The notes under the pieces are model-generated. The model had not been told where the DNA came from. It saw only the letters and a list, made by a program, of their open reading frames with translations, and did no database searches. Shown in pieces: positions 45,346 through 55,228 of a stretch of DNA of 64,000 nucleotides. The stretch's first letter is position 1; the number at the start of each line of letters is the position of its first letter. The position numbers were made by a program, and so were the translations under genes. The stretch lies in IMG/VR virus record IMGVR_UViG_3300029288_000154, one strand, 5' to 3'. This DNA is from an uncultured virus (IMG/VR IMGVR_UViG_3300029288_000154). Its lineage: Duplodnaviria > Heunggongvirae > Uroviricota > Caudoviricetes.

Positions 45346-45660
45346 GAGAAATGTAAAAACGTTTGATGAAATAAAAACATTGTCGTTTGATGATATTGTC
45401 AAGAATAAAGTATTTTGGAATCAGAAGTTCCAGGAGTTTCGTTTGAACTTATTGAACGACAGCATTCAAATCTTCTAAAAACAGTTATGATTAAAGTTGG
45501 AAGATATACAAAAATTGAAGCGGTTTATAAAAAGGAAGTTGAAGAAAACTATTTTTCGCTAAAAGATTCTCAATATTATACAATAAAAATGGAACAATTA
45601 ACAAAAGATAATCTTATCAAATTATTAAAAACATTAAACGAAATTGGAGAGATTAAATGA
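45338..45660 (+). pseudogene. Hypothetical gene, probable frameshift in T run near 45413
   Basis: MSKRNVKTF...NKVF joins LESEVPG frame if one T is added. Confidence 0.4.
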
Positions 45661-46592
45661 AATATCTTGAAACAAATTTAATAGATGCTACCAATGAAAA
45701 GTTTTTAGAAATATCAGCCGTCAAACTGGCGGATAATAACGACATTGCTAAAATTATAATTGAAGCTTTTGAAAAGAATGGTTATAAAAAAGCAAATGGT
45801 AGCGGAAGTTATATGAATTGGTATGAATCAACTTCGTTTTCATTCAAATATGGATTCAGAGATTACATAAGATTCGGAATTTATAAAACGGCTGCAATAA
45901 ACGCATGTTGTAATTTTTCCCCATCAGCAAATATTATAGAAACCTGTATACAAACCAAGACACACCAAACCACAATTCCCCACCCAAAGACGCCGAATAA
46001 ATTTCTAACCCATCAAATTATAACAATTGATTTTTCTCTACTTGACCAAATGATAGCGGAGCACAAAGTTAAGAAAGTTGAAATTAAGCAGAACAAATCT
46101 GTTTCAAAATTCAAGAAAGATTTGTTTTTGCCTTGGTTCATGGGGCATATTCAAGAAGTTATTCCAGATTTCGAAAAAGCAAATGTTGGTAGTCGCCATA
46201 ACATTATCGCCAGTTATCAATCACAAACTCTTAGGTTTAATATTGAATCGCGGGAGATGACCAAGAAGGAATTCTCCGATATTGAGTTTGATGATATTCG
46301 GTTCAAAATAAATATGAGAATTGAAAAACAAGGTTTCAATTCTTCGGGACTAAGCATGGACGGATTGAAAAATGCCCTGGCTAATTTCAAAGAGATAAAA
46401 AAGTTTGTTGATTCAGAAGATGAAAAATTCAAAAATGATACCAAACCATTTTTGAAAAACATGTCGGATATTGAAAATCAAATAGCAATTCTAAATCAAG
46501 AAAAACATAAGACAAAAGAAAAAATAGAAGCTTTGAAAGTTGAATCAAAAAAGAGAATCGCGAAATTTGCCAATACCATCAAGAACAATTAA
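45657..46592 (+). CDS. Hypothetical protein with C-terminal coiled coil
   Basis: 311 aa, GGAG SD. Confidence 0.7.
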   Translation: MKYLETNLIDATNEKFLEISAVKLADNNDIAKIIIEAFEKNGYKKANGSGSYMNWYESTSFSFKYGFRDYIRFGIYKTAAINACCNFSPSANIIETCIQTKTHQTTIPHPKTPNKFLTHQIITIDFSLLDQMIAEHKVKKVEIKQNKSVSKFKKDLFLPWFMGHIQEVIPDFEKANVGSRHNIIASYQSQTLRFNIESREMTKKEFSDIEFDDIRFKINMRIEKQGFNSSGLSMDGLKNALANFKEIKKFVDSEDEKFKNDTKPFLKNMSDIENQIAILNQEKHKTKEKIEALKVESKKRIAKFANTIKNN

Positions 46593-46797
46593 CGGAACGC
46601 CTATAAGAAATGTGAAGAAAGAAATTGGTTCTGATTGTAATTGTTCTCTTTCTAAAACAATTCTGATTGGAGAAGTTTTGATAGATAATTCTTGGCACAA
46701 AACAAAATGGAATCTTGATGGAACAAATATTTCCGGTGTAGAACGTTGGCGGCTAAATATTTCAAATGCCGCAGATTCTGAAACCCGAAATATTTGA
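46540..46797 (+). CDS. Hypothetical protein
   Basis: RTINGTPIR...KWNLDG; start uncertain. Confidence 0.45.
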   Translation: MNQKRESRNLPIPSRTINGTPIRNVKKEIGSDCNCSLSKTILIGEVLIDNSWHKTKWNLDGTNISGVERWRLNISNAADSETRNI

Positions 46798-47317
46798 AGA
46801 TAAAGATTTGGATTTGTATTGTACAAAAGATTTGTTCAAAAAAGCCAAACTTCTATACCAAAAAGATAATATTAAAATATATTGGAAATCCGCCGATAAA
46901 AATAGAATCATTGACGAAGATTACGGCTTTTTAATTCTGAAAAACAAACTAATTGGCGTTGTTGAATTTTGGTTCCAAGAGTTTGAAAAGATTAAAATTC
47001 CAAAAATAAAAAATTCAACAATCCTAAAAGAACATCGCGGAAATGGATACGCCACACTTATCTATGAAACTCTTTACAAAAAGTTCGGTGGATTGATTTC
47101 GGATGTAACATTAAATGGAAACAAACGAACTCCTTCAGGAAGTTATGGATTATGGTTGCGGTTAATGAAAAGGCACGACCATTTTATTTTTGACGAACGC
47201 GATGACAAATTTATCAAATATACAAAATATTGCGCATTTGAATCTATTAGAAAAGGCTACCGCAGAGTTGTAATAATACAAAGTAAAAATAAGAAATATT
47301 TCAAAATTTCCGCTTGA
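46766..47317 (+). CDS. GNAT-like acetyltransferase
   Basis: HRGNGYATLIYE acetyl-CoA motif, LISD...GLW.RL. Confidence 0.7.
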   Translation: MPQILKPEIFEDKDLDLYCTKDLFKKAKLLYQKDNIKIYWKSADKNRIIDEDYGFLILKNKLIGVVEFWFQEFEKIKIPKIKNSTILKEHRGNGYATLIYETLYKKFGGLISDVTLNGNKRTPSGSYGLWLRLMKRHDHFIFDERDDKFIKYTKYCAFESIRKGYRRVVIIQSKNKKYFKISA

Positions 47318-47342
47318 CTTGGAAAAAATAAGAGAGTAAATT
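47314..47342 (+). promoter_or_regulatory. sigma70-type promoter (GCTTGACTTG class)
   Basis: TTGACT-17-TAAATT. Confidence 0.7.
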
Positions 47343-47414
47343 TAATAAAAGTTGTTCAGAAAGGACAACCAAACAAACTCAATTTTCACAATTCTTAAAC
47401 AGAAAGGAAATACT

Positions 47415-48044
47415 ATGAAAAAGGCTATTATAAACATGGCCGTGGTCATGCTTTCCTTCACGGTAATGGGAAACAGTTCTAACTCATTTGAAAAAATCAT
47501 TGAAGAAGAACAGGCACTAGACATTCATGAAATTTATCCTCCCAAAGATTTTAATTACGAAATATATTATTACATTGAAAAATTAGCATCAGAACTAAAA
47601 ATAAACCCGGAAGATTTGTTCCAGTTGATATATTTCGAAACTGCTGGGACGATGAATCCAAAAATTGAAAATCCAAAGTCTTCTGCGAAAGGTCTGATTC
47701 AATTTACAGACGCTTCCTCAAGAAAATTGAAAGATTCTTCCGGCAGCAAATACATTTCGTCTTTTGATTTGATTACAAAATGTGGAACGGTTGAGTGTCA
47801 GTTATCAACACCCTCAAGAAATAATAACCTTGGAGGGCCAGTTTATCAATATCTTCGTAAATTCAAAAACTTAAATACAAAAGAAAAATTGTTCATGGCG
47901 GTATTCTATCCTAACGCAATCGGAAAAGGCGATTATGAATTTTCCAAAGAAATCTCGGAATTGAACTCGGGAATTAGTAAAGTATCGGATTATGTAAAAC
48001 AGGCAGATGCTAGAATGCCTAAGAAAGATGGGTTTAATGATTGA
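47415..48044 (+). CDS. Lytic transglycosylase / lysozyme-like protein with signal peptide
   Basis: IYFETAGTMNP..NPKSSAKGLIQF, LFMAVFYP; MKKAIINMAVVMLSF leader after AAAGGA. Confidence 0.8.
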   Translation: MKKAIINMAVVMLSFTVMGNSSNSFEKIIEEEQALDIHEIYPPKDFNYEIYYYIEKLASELKINPEDLFQLIYFETAGTMNPKIENPKSSAKGLIQFTDASSRKLKDSSGSKYISSFDLITKCGTVECQLSTPSRNNNLGGPVYQYLRKFKNLNTKEKLFMAVFYPNAIGKGDYEFSKEISELNSGISKVSDYVKQADARMPKKDGFND

Positions 48045-48415
48045 TGTTAAAGCGTATGCGTTTAACTACAAACCTCTACTAAAATCTGAAAACGGTTTTA
48101 TAATTTCGAAACCCGAATTAACTTTATATTTTGGTTTTGAATATTCCGATAGCGCAGAATCGGTTTTGCGAAAGAATGGGAAATTTGAATCCAAACAACC
48201 ACAATAAAGTTGTTTTTCCATTTAGTATCAATTTGAATCTTGAAGAAGAGTATGAAGAGGCCGCGATATGTAATTTAATATCCCGAATCAAAACACTAAT
48301 AGAAAATCCTATGAATGCTATTCTAAACAAGCACGACAACGATGCTCGTATTAAAAAATTGTCCGATGTCTTGCTTGTTTGTTTCAATACAGACGAAGCA
48401 AAATTTATTGAATAG
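48037..48415 (+). pseudogene. HEAT-motif hypothetical gene, probable frameshift near 48178
   Basis: MIDVKAY...LRKNG joins NLNPNNH...HDNDARIKKLS if one base is removed. Confidence 0.4.
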
Positions 48416-48471
48416 CTTTGGAAAATTAACAATTATTACAAGCATAAACGAATCTTTTCAAAAAATTTTAA

Positions 48472-48500
48472 TTGCCTTGTTAAAAATAACGGGGTATATT
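48472..48500 (+). promoter_or_regulatory. sigma70-type promoter
   Basis: TTGCCT-17-TATATT followed by GCCC-AAAGTG-GGGC hairpin. Confidence 0.65.
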
Positions 48501-48552
48501 AAACGAAAGCCCAAAGTGGGGCAGTCAACCAAACCAGCCAGAAAGGTAATCT

Positions 48553-48894
48553 ATGTCAACAGAAACAGTTAACGATCCACGCGCAAGAGCCATCCTCAAG
48601 GGTGTTCGTAAGGAAAACGATGAGGTAATCGCCACGCTCATTCTTGAACCAACTGAGGAGAATCACAAGACCATTATGGACCTCGGGTACGAAATCACCG
48701 ACCACGACCAGATTGAGTGGGATATGAGCATTCCCAATCATGAGGCTCTCGGAATTGATAACTTCGGGGATTTCCTGTCGTCGTCTACTCAGTGGATTAT
48801 GGCACTCAAGGACGAGTATGTTCCTAAGCGCGAGTTTGCGAAGATTCTCATCGAATTCTTTCACGAAATCGTTGACGGGCGCTCCCAGAAGTGA
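48553..48894 (+). CDS. Acidic small protein, probably highly expressed
   Basis: AAAGGT SD, own promoter, GC-richer codons than neighbours. Confidence 0.8.
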   Translation: MSTETVNDPRARAILKGVRKENDEVIATLILEPTEENHKTIMDLGYEITDHDQIEWDMSIPNHEALGIDNFGDFLSSSTQWIMALKDEYVPKREFAKILIEFFHEIVDGRSQK

Positions 48895-48907
48895 ATTGCC
48901 GCGCTCT

Positions 48908-49327
48908 ATGATTACTGTAAAAGAAGTTGTCGGATACAAACTCATAGAGCGCGAAATTCCTTTCAGGGTTTTGAAAGATGCTAAATGTTATTGCGAAATT
49001 TGTAAATCTCCGATAGAAATTCATTCAAAAATAAAATTTGGCATCTTTAATTATCCTAAAGATTATATTCATGATAAATTTTACGAACTAATGTATATTT
49101 CCAAATACGGAAGCTTCAACCAAAAGATTTCTACTTACGAAAACCGAGCCGATATTCAAAAATATCCGGACATCTATTTAAATTTTACTTTCACAACTTT
49201 CGATGCTGTTCCTCTACTAAATAATAATGCGGCGTGTGTGATGTATCTAAATCACGAAGACCAAGCCATTCGGTTCTTTTCAAATTTTCTAATCACATTC
49301 GAAATCGATGAGATAAAATATATTTAG
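48908..49327 (+). CDS. Hypothetical protein with C-terminal HEAT-like motif
   Basis: CYCEIC; ACVMYLNHEDQAIRFFSNFLI. Confidence 0.55.
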   Translation: MITVKEVVGYKLIEREIPFRVLKDAKCYCEICKSPIEIHSKIKFGIFNYPKDYIHDKFYELMYISKYGSFNQKISTYENRADIQKYPDIYLNFTFTTFDAVPLLNNNAACVMYLNHEDQAIRFFSNFLITFEIDEIKYI

Positions 49328-49340
49328 TAGGAGATTTGCG

Positions 49341-49643
49341 ATGTTGCTCGATAATAAAAACTATGTTACTCGTAATGGAAAAGATGTATTTAATGTGTTC
49401 AATAGAAAGACAATGACAAATGAAAGTGTGTTTTCTTACTTTCTTGAATGGATAAAGAAAAATAAAGATTCGGAAATTTTAGCCGACGAAATCGTTTCAA
49501 ATTTAAGTTCTTCAATAAAATTCCCATTTGTTGGAATTTTCTACTCTTCAAAAAACAAAAGATGGATTATAGACAACTGGACTCTTAGCGGAAAATACGA
49601 TACCGACGAAAGTCCAAATGATTTAGTTCGTTTGAAAGGATAA
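49341..49643 (+). CDS. Hypothetical phage protein
   Basis: YVTRNGK...FPFVG...W.LSG...NDL; AGGAG SD. Confidence 0.65.
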   Translation: MLLDNKNYVTRNGKDVFNVFNRKTMTNESVFSYFLEWIKKNKDSEILADEIVSNLSSSIKFPFVGIFYSSKNKRWIIDNWTLSGKYDTDESPNDLVRLKG

Positions 49644-49645
49644 AA

Positions 49646-51196
49646 TTGAAAATCAAGTTCATTCGTAAAGGTTTCGCAAACAATTCATCTTCGTCGCATT
49701 CTATTATCTTTACAAATAAAAACTTTGATAAGATTTCTGATAACGACGAAGGATATTTTGGTTGGAATAATTTCACATGTTCTTCAAGATATTCTAAAGA
49801 AAAATATTTGTTGATTATGCTGATTGACAATATGTCTCAGTATTCTAAAAGTCAAACCCAATTTTACTCTAAACGTTCTATAAAAAGCAAACATGACTGG
49901 ACATGTAATCCAATTGTTTATAAAGTCGGAACTCGAATGATTCTGGATTTCAACGAATATAAAAGCGAAGAATACGTTTACATCATCAAGAATGATTTGG
50001 TTGAATTTGGTTACGACAAGGTATTTCGACATTTCGATGAGATTCTTTCGGAACTAGCAAGCAACTATGATGGAATCGATCATCAAAGTGTTATTCGTCT
50101 TCCTAACAACGCGAAAACCGGATTCGTCGATCATAATTTTGCGAAAGCTCTTTGTAAGACGGTTATTGAACAAGATTTTGTTATTCTTGGTGGAAATGAT
50201 AATGATTGTGACGACCACGAGTATTCTTCTTACAACGAAGGCCATGAACTAATAACATTTTTGAAAAGCATCAAATACACATCCCCTGTTATAGTTTACG
50301 ATTCTTTGAACGATGATTATATTATTCAAGATAAAGACGAAGGGCACTTGTATCGCATTTCTTTCACTTCCGAAGAAACGGTCAAGTCAGCGTTTCCAAC
50401 TCTTGTAGATATTTCAATCACATCCTTCTGTGACAAGGGGTGCTCGTTTTGCTATCAGGAATCCACGTCTAAAGGAAAACATGCCGATTTGGATGTGATT
50501 AAAACCATTCTTGATGAATTAAAAAAAGAAGGATGCCTGGAAGTTGTTTTTGGTGGAGGAGAGCCAACATCACACCCTAAGTTTTTAGACATCATTTCTT
50601 ACGCGAAAGGTCTTGGGTTAACAGTTGGCGTTACGACCAAAAACTACAATCTTGATAAGAACAAGAAAATAGAAGAAATAATGAAAAACATCAACACGAT
50701 GGCATTTTCATGTAATTCTTTGGAAGAAACCAAAAATGTTACCGAAACTATAAACAACATTCAAGAGATTGTTTATAACAAAACCAAATTCTATTATCAG
50801 GCAATTCTTGGATTGAATGATTTGGATTCTTTGATGTCACAAGTAAAACATGTGATCGAAGATGGAAGTTACAACGCTAACAATTTCAACTTCCTCGGTT
50901 TCAAAGACTTTGGCTTTGGTAAGAATACGAAGCAAAATCCTGTAGACGGCTGGATTGAAAGATTCACAAGTCTAGATGATTACCAAAGTATTTCTCTCGG
51001 AGTTGATTCTGTTGTTGTTAAAAAATACAAACAAGAACTCCTTTCAGCTAACGTAAATCCAAGATTTCTGGTTGGTGAAGAGGGAAAGTTTTCTTGCTAC
51101 ATCGACGCAGTAAAAAACAAAATTGCGGCGAGTTCTTTCACAGAAACCATGTTTGATTTTGATTCGAACTGGCTTCAAACCTACAAAACATTCTAA
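49646..51196 (+). CDS. Radical SAM protein with N-terminal RxGFxxNSSSSHS domain
   Basis: CDKGCSFCYQ, GGGEPT, GEEGKFSCYIDAV. Confidence 0.9.
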   Translation: MKIKFIRKGFANNSSSSHSIIFTNKNFDKISDNDEGYFGWNNFTCSSRYSKEKYLLIMLIDNMSQYSKSQTQFYSKRSIKSKHDWTCNPIVYKVGTRMILDFNEYKSEEYVYIIKNDLVEFGYDKVFRHFDEILSELASNYDGIDHQSVIRLPNNAKTGFVDHNFAKALCKTVIEQDFVILGGNDNDCDDHEYSSYNEGHELITFLKSIKYTSPVIVYDSLNDDYIIQDKDEGHLYRISFTSEETVKSAFPTLVDISITSFCDKGCSFCYQESTSKGKHADLDVIKTILDELKKEGCLEVVFGGGEPTSHPKFLDIISYAKGLGLTVGVTTKNYNLDKNKKIEEIMKNINTMAFSCNSLEETKNVTETINNIQEIVYNKTKFYYQAILGLNDLDSLMSQVKHVIEDGSYNANNFNFLGFKDFGFGKNTKQNPVDGWIERFTSLDDYQSISLGVDSVVVKKYKQELLSANVNPRFLVGEEGKFSCYIDAVKNKIAASSFTETMFDFDSNWLQTYKTF

Positions 51197-51207
51197 GGAG
51201 AAATAAC

Positions 51208-51603
51208 ATGAGCAAAGCTAGAACTATTGGGTTTCTTGTCCATCAAGGAATACTGGACGTTGGTGATTCGTTTCGTCTTGTTGGGGAAACATTTGAACGA
51301 ATCATTTCGGAAATTGATTATGATAACAATGAAGTTGCTCTAAAAAATGGTGCGGGGGTTTTCGGGTTTTCTGAAAAAGTATATCCAAATAAAATTATCA
51401 AGAAAAACGAATCTGATAAAGAATACACAATTTCTTTCAAGGTTGAACTTGATATGGAATATGTAGACAACGAGTCTTTTTCGTTTGAAGAAGCGTTGAG
51501 CAAATTCAGGAGTATGAAGCCTTGGGTGGTTATCACGAAATCTAAAGCCGTCGATCATCACACAGACCCTGAAATTTTTGCTATCACCGAAAATGAAAAA
51601 TGA
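51208..51603 (+). CDS. Hypothetical protein
   Basis: AGGAG SD, 131 aa. Confidence 0.65.
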   Translation: MSKARTIGFLVHQGILDVGDSFRLVGETFERIISEIDYDNNEVALKNGAGVFGFSEKVYPNKIIKKNESDKEYTISFKVELDMEYVDNESFSFEEALSKFRSMKPWVVITKSKAVDHHTDPEIFAITENEK

Positions 51604-52043
51604 CAGCAACTAATTATTATTAATTAACAACATATATTATCAATATTTGTTCTATATATGTTGTTCGCAGAATGTGGATTTGCCACTTCATCAACAAATT
51701 TCCTGCATTACACAAAAATTCGTGGAAGAGTTTGGGGAAGGAATCAATCCCAGTTTGGTTTGCTGCGGCATTTTCTCCAATTCCTGGATTTGGAATTTTG
51801 ATGATGTGTCTTTTGACAAGGGATTTTTCTTTTCGTTATTATAAACCGAAAGTAATAATGAAAATAAATTATCTTGGAAAAGTGGATGTTGGGTATGCCC
51901 CGAAATATCTAAAACCCGAAAACATAAACAAATTTTTGTATGAATATCAAATCCTAGACGAATACAAATACAAACAAACTTCCAGATTAACAAAAGCATT
52001 GTCTGGAAACTTCCTCAAACAGAAAGAAAATAAGCATGTATAA
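51600..52043 (+). CDS. Membrane protein with MKI-like C-terminal part; in-frame TAA at 51621 near 5' end
   Basis: WFAAAFSPIPGFGILMMCLL then KVIMKI...SRLTK. Confidence 0.4.
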
Positions 52044-52626
52044 CAATCTTCCAATGCCTACGGTTATTGAACGAGTCGGAAATACTGAAAAATATTACGA
52101 CCTTATTTCTAAACACTTTGAACATCGCAACGTCTTTCTTGTTGGCGGTGTGAATCAAGCTTCCGCATTTACCGTAATCGCCCAGCTCATGTATTTGGAT
52201 TCTCAGGATTCGTCTACACCTATCAATTTTTACATCAGTTCAAACGGAGGAAGTGTTATTGATGGTCTCGCCATTCTCGATACTATGAATACTATCAAAG
52301 CACCGATTAACATGATTGGTTTTGGTGTGTGTGCGTCAATGGGGGCGTTTCTTCTCGCTTCCGGAAAGAAATGTGAAAAATCATCAAGAAAAGGTCTAAA
52401 AAACATTCAAATTATGACTCACCACGTTTCTGGTGGAGCTGGCGGACAAGCGTCAGATATTGTTATAACAGCAAAGCAGATGACTAAGTTGAACGACCGT
52501 CTAAAGAATTATATGGAAAAGTTTACCAACCAATCCTCCGAAGAAATCGACCGCATCTTCGCAAGAGATTATTGGATGGATGCTGATGAAGCCCTTAAAC
52601 TGGGACTAATCGATGGTGTGATTTGA
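52036..52626 (+). CDS. clpP: ClpP protease proteolytic subunit
   Basis: IAQLMYL, YISSNGGSV, CASMGAFLL (Ser), IMTH (His), RDYWM (Asp), GLID. Confidence 0.95.
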   Translation: MYNNLPMPTVIERVGNTEKYYDLISKHFEHRNVFLVGGVNQASAFTVIAQLMYLDSQDSSTPINFYISSNGGSVIDGLAILDTMNTIKAPINMIGFGVCASMGAFLLASGKKCEKSSRKGLKNIQIMTHHVSGGAGGQASDIVITAKQMTKLNDRLKNYMEKFTNQSSEEIDRIFARDYWMDADEALKLGLIDGVI

Positions 52627-52862
52627 AATTTGGCATTGTCATTTCGGATTGGATGGAGTTTGGTTTTGTTGCCATCCAATTCAACAGCAACACAAACATA
52701 ATGTGTGAAAAAATAATATTCAACAAAGACGAAAATGTAACAAAAGATAATTATAAAAATTTTCACGATGATAATATTTTCAAAGAAACGGTATTCGTGA
52801 AAAAGAATGTAATTATAAACGTAGTCCGCCACGGATTAAAATTGGAGAGAATCAAATGTTAG
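52623..52862 (+). CDS. Small protein, divergent MKI-family member
   Basis: TTG start overlapping clpP stop, KFGIVI...NVVRH. Confidence 0.45.
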   Translation: MKFGIVISDWMEFGFVAIQFNSNTNIMCEKIIFNKDENVTKDNYKNFHDDNIFKETVFVKKNVIINVVRHGLKLERIKC

Positions 52863-53299
52863 TTGAAAAATTAAACGAAGATATCAAAACCGCTATGAAA
52901 GAAAAGAATTCCGAAAAGCTTTTGGCTCTACGAACTCTTTATTCAGATGTTAAGAATATAGCGATTAAAGATAGCCGAAAAGAACTTACTGACGAAGATG
53001 TTCTAACGGCTGTTCAAAAAGCTATTAAACAGCGTTCGGATTCCGCTACCCAATTTAGGAACGGCGGAAGAATTGAATTGGCCGAAACCGAAGAAGCTCA
53101 AATCAATTTTTACAAAGTATATCTTCCAGAGCAGTTAACCAATGAACAGCTTGAAATCCTTGTTAGACAGGTTATATTGACTGTTGGGGCTACTACAAAA
53201 AAGGATATTGGTCGTGTTATGAAAGAACTAACCCCAAGAATCAAAGGCAAAGCGGATATGCGAGAAGTAAATTCAATTATTTCGGGAATTCTACAGTAA
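52856..53299 (+). CDS. yqeY: GatB/YqeY domain protein
   Basis: DIKTAMK, KQRSDSA..F..GGR.ELAE.E, YLPEQL, DIGRVMK...GKAD. Confidence 0.92.
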   Translation: MLVEKLNEDIKTAMKEKNSEKLLALRTLYSDVKNIAIKDSRKELTDEDVLTAVQKAIKQRSDSATQFRNGGRIELAETEEAQINFYKVYLPEQLTNEQLEILVRQVILTVGATTKKDIGRVMKELTPRIKGKADMREVNSIISGILQ

Positions 53300-53303
53300 C
53301 CAA

Positions 53304-53606
53304 ATGTTCTACGCTATTTGGATTCCGTTAGCAATCATTTTCAATGTTGTTCAAGCTTTCTTATCAACAAAAGTAGCATCTGACAAAATGTTCTTCTTTT
53401 TGATTTGGGCTTGGGGAACGCTGCCGGTTTGGGCGTTGGTTGCTAAATATTCCAAAAACTTGTTCTTTGATGCTGTTCTGTATGATTCAATAATTATTAT
53501 TTCTTATTCTCTTTCTCTTCTACATTTCACCAAAACAGAATTAAAACCTATGAATGTGGTAGGTTTATTTTTATTGTTTGTTTCTGTAGTTCTAATAAAA
53601 CTGTAA
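53304..53606 (+). CDS. Small multi-pass membrane protein (SMR/EamA-like)
   Basis: Four hydrophobic segments, VGLFLLFVSVVLI. Confidence 0.6.
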   Translation: MFYAIWIPLAIIFNVVQAFLSTKVASDKMFFFLIWAWGTLPVWALVAKYSKNLFFDAVLYDSIIIISYSLSLLHFTKTELKPMNVVGLFLLFVSVVLIKL

Positions 53607-53613
53607 GGAATCC

Positions 53614-54042
53614 ATGAAAAGATTTTGTATTATCTCAGGTCACGGCTTTATGGCTGGATTTAATTTTGAAAACGAAGAGAACGAAAAGAATCTGATAAAC
53701 AAAATTGGTCACGTTTGGGAATATTATCATAACGATTTTCGAATTATGTTTTCCGGTGAGGGAGAACTTAAATTATTTGGCCCGAATAATATGTGGAACA
53801 AAATTTATACATCTGATGATTTTTGCGAATGGTTGAAAGATATAATTGAATTGAAAACGTCTACATTTGTTCTCCAAGAAAGAAGCAAACAAATCTATGT
53901 TGACCAAATGGATGAATCCCCGTTGAGAAAACATTTATTCAAGAAATTGATAGAACAGGCAGAAAAAGAATTGGAAAGAGATAAGAAATTTATCGAACAA
54001 TTGAACCGGTTAATAAAAGATATTAAGGAGTTTTCAATATGA
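53614..54042 (+). CDS. Hypothetical protein
   Basis: AAGGA SD, 142 aa. Confidence 0.6.
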   Translation: MKRFCIISGHGFMAGFNFENEENEKNLINKIGHVWEYYHNDFRIMFSGEGELKLFGPNNMWNKIYTSDDFCEWLKDIIELKTSTFVLQERSKQIYVDQMDESPLRKHLFKKLIEQAEKELERDKKFIEQLNRLIKDIKEFSI

Positions 54043-54176
54043 AGATTTCGTTATATTTGACAGGGCGGTCGTTGTTTTATTGTATAAACGATAACCATAA
54101 GTCCTGGCAATTTTTCTCATTGGGTAACGGATATTCTCATGATTATACCGTTAGAAACAAATTTGGAATTTGTTAA
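54039..54176 (+). CDS. Small MKI-family protein (45 aa)
   Basis: MKISLYL...VRNKFGIC. Confidence 0.55.
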   Translation: MKISLYLTGRSLFYCINDNHKSWQFFSLGNGYSHDYTVRNKFGIC

Positions 54177-54358
54177 TGAAAATAAAGCTTAAAATTACAC
54201 AGGATTGTTTGTTTTATAGTTATGACATAATTAACAATAAACCAAAAAGAAAACAACAAACGTTTTCGGCTGAATTGAAACATTTGTCGTTTACTGGCTG
54301 TATTAGAAGAAACAAATATAGATTCGTTTCGTCAGTTAACAACGTTTGGGACTGGTAG
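54176..54358 (+). CDS. Small MKI-family protein
   Basis: MKIKLKI...IRRNKYRF. Confidence 0.55.
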   Translation: MKIKLKITQDCLFYSYDIINNKPKRKQQTFSAELKHLSFTGCIRRNKYRFVSSVNNVWDW

Positions 54359-54360
54359 CT

Positions 54361-54573
54361 GTGAAAATAAAATTATTGTTACACCACGATGATTATTACA
54401 AATACAATTTATATTGTCTTCAAACTTGTGTGCGTGGAAAATTTGTAAATATGAGTCAATTACATATTTTACAACCTATGTTTGGATATCATGAGAAAAT
54501 AAGAAAACAATTTGGAATTTGCTACTATGCGCGAAACCCTAAATGTCAATCATACAGAAAGAAGCACCAATGA
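54361..54573 (+). CDS. Small MKI-family protein
   Basis: GTG start, KIKLLL...IRKQFGIC. Confidence 0.55.
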   Translation: MKIKLLLHHDDYYKYNLYCLQTCVRGKFVNMSQLHILQPMFGYHEKIRKQFGICYYARNPKCQSYRKKHQ

Positions 54574-55004
54574 AAGCTCTTGAATATACCGGACCACGTT
54601 GCGACCAAGCAGTCGATATCGCCATTTTCAATTCAACCATGACTGAAATTCTTCTTGGTCGTAAAGAACACCAACCTCATTTTCGTTTCATTGGTGGGTT
54701 CTCTTCAGTTGATTCAGATTCCCTTGAAGAAGATGCCATAAGAGAAGTTGAAGAAGAAACTGGATTGGTTGTTGAAAATCCAGCATATGTCGGAAGTCGC
54801 AAAGTTGACGACCCAAGATACCACGGAACAATTCACGCAATCAAAACGTGCTTGTTCTTTACTATTGGTTATGAAGGAACAGCAAAAGCTAACGATGATA
54901 TTTTTGAAGTCAAATGGTTTCCGGTTGACGTATTCCTAAGAATGGAAATGATGCCGGAACATATGAAGCTTCGGGATATGATTGTTCGTTCGGGGGTTGT
55001 GTGA
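54570..55004 (+). CDS. Nudix hydrolase (NadM/NrtR-type ADP-ribose pyrophosphatase-like)
   Basis: AVDIAI, ILLGRK, FIGGF...REVEEETGL, ANDD...KWF, EH. Confidence 0.85.
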   Translation: MKALEYTGPRCDQAVDIAIFNSTMTEILLGRKEHQPHFRFIGGFSSVDSDSLEEDAIREVEEETGLVVENPAYVGSRKVDDPRYHGTIHAIKTCLFFTIGYEGTAKANDDIFEVKWFPVDVFLRMEMMPEHMKLRDMIVRSGVV

Positions 55005-55228
55005 AGATAATATTAAACATTTCAAAACGACCTGTTAACTATAGAGAAAATCAAGCAGCGTTGTTTTTCTTAACCTCCGATGATATGAACGTTCCAACGA
55101 GGTTGTTATTCGAACATTTTAAGATTGAAAATATTTACGAAATTATAGACCATTCGGAGAAATTTCTAAAGAGAATGAAATGTTATGATGAGTTTAACGA
55201 ATATTATTTTGGAAAGAAACCAGAATGA
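55001..55228 (+). CDS. Small MKI-family protein
   Basis: GTG start, KIILNI...LKRMKC. Confidence 0.6.
   Translation: MKIILNISKRPVNYRENQAALFFLTSDDMNVPTRLLFEHFKIENIYEIIDHSEKFLKRMKCYDEFNEYYFGKKPE

Noticed and set aside
48556..48945. Antisense 129-aa ORF and the 5' extension of 48740..49327
   Set aside because: Overlap the well-supported 48553..48894 gene; explained by codon bias
23970..51623. Stop-codon reassignment suggested by three in-frame TAA codons
   Set aside because: TAA, TGA and TAG all terminate well-conserved genes at expected positions and long genes read through under the standard code
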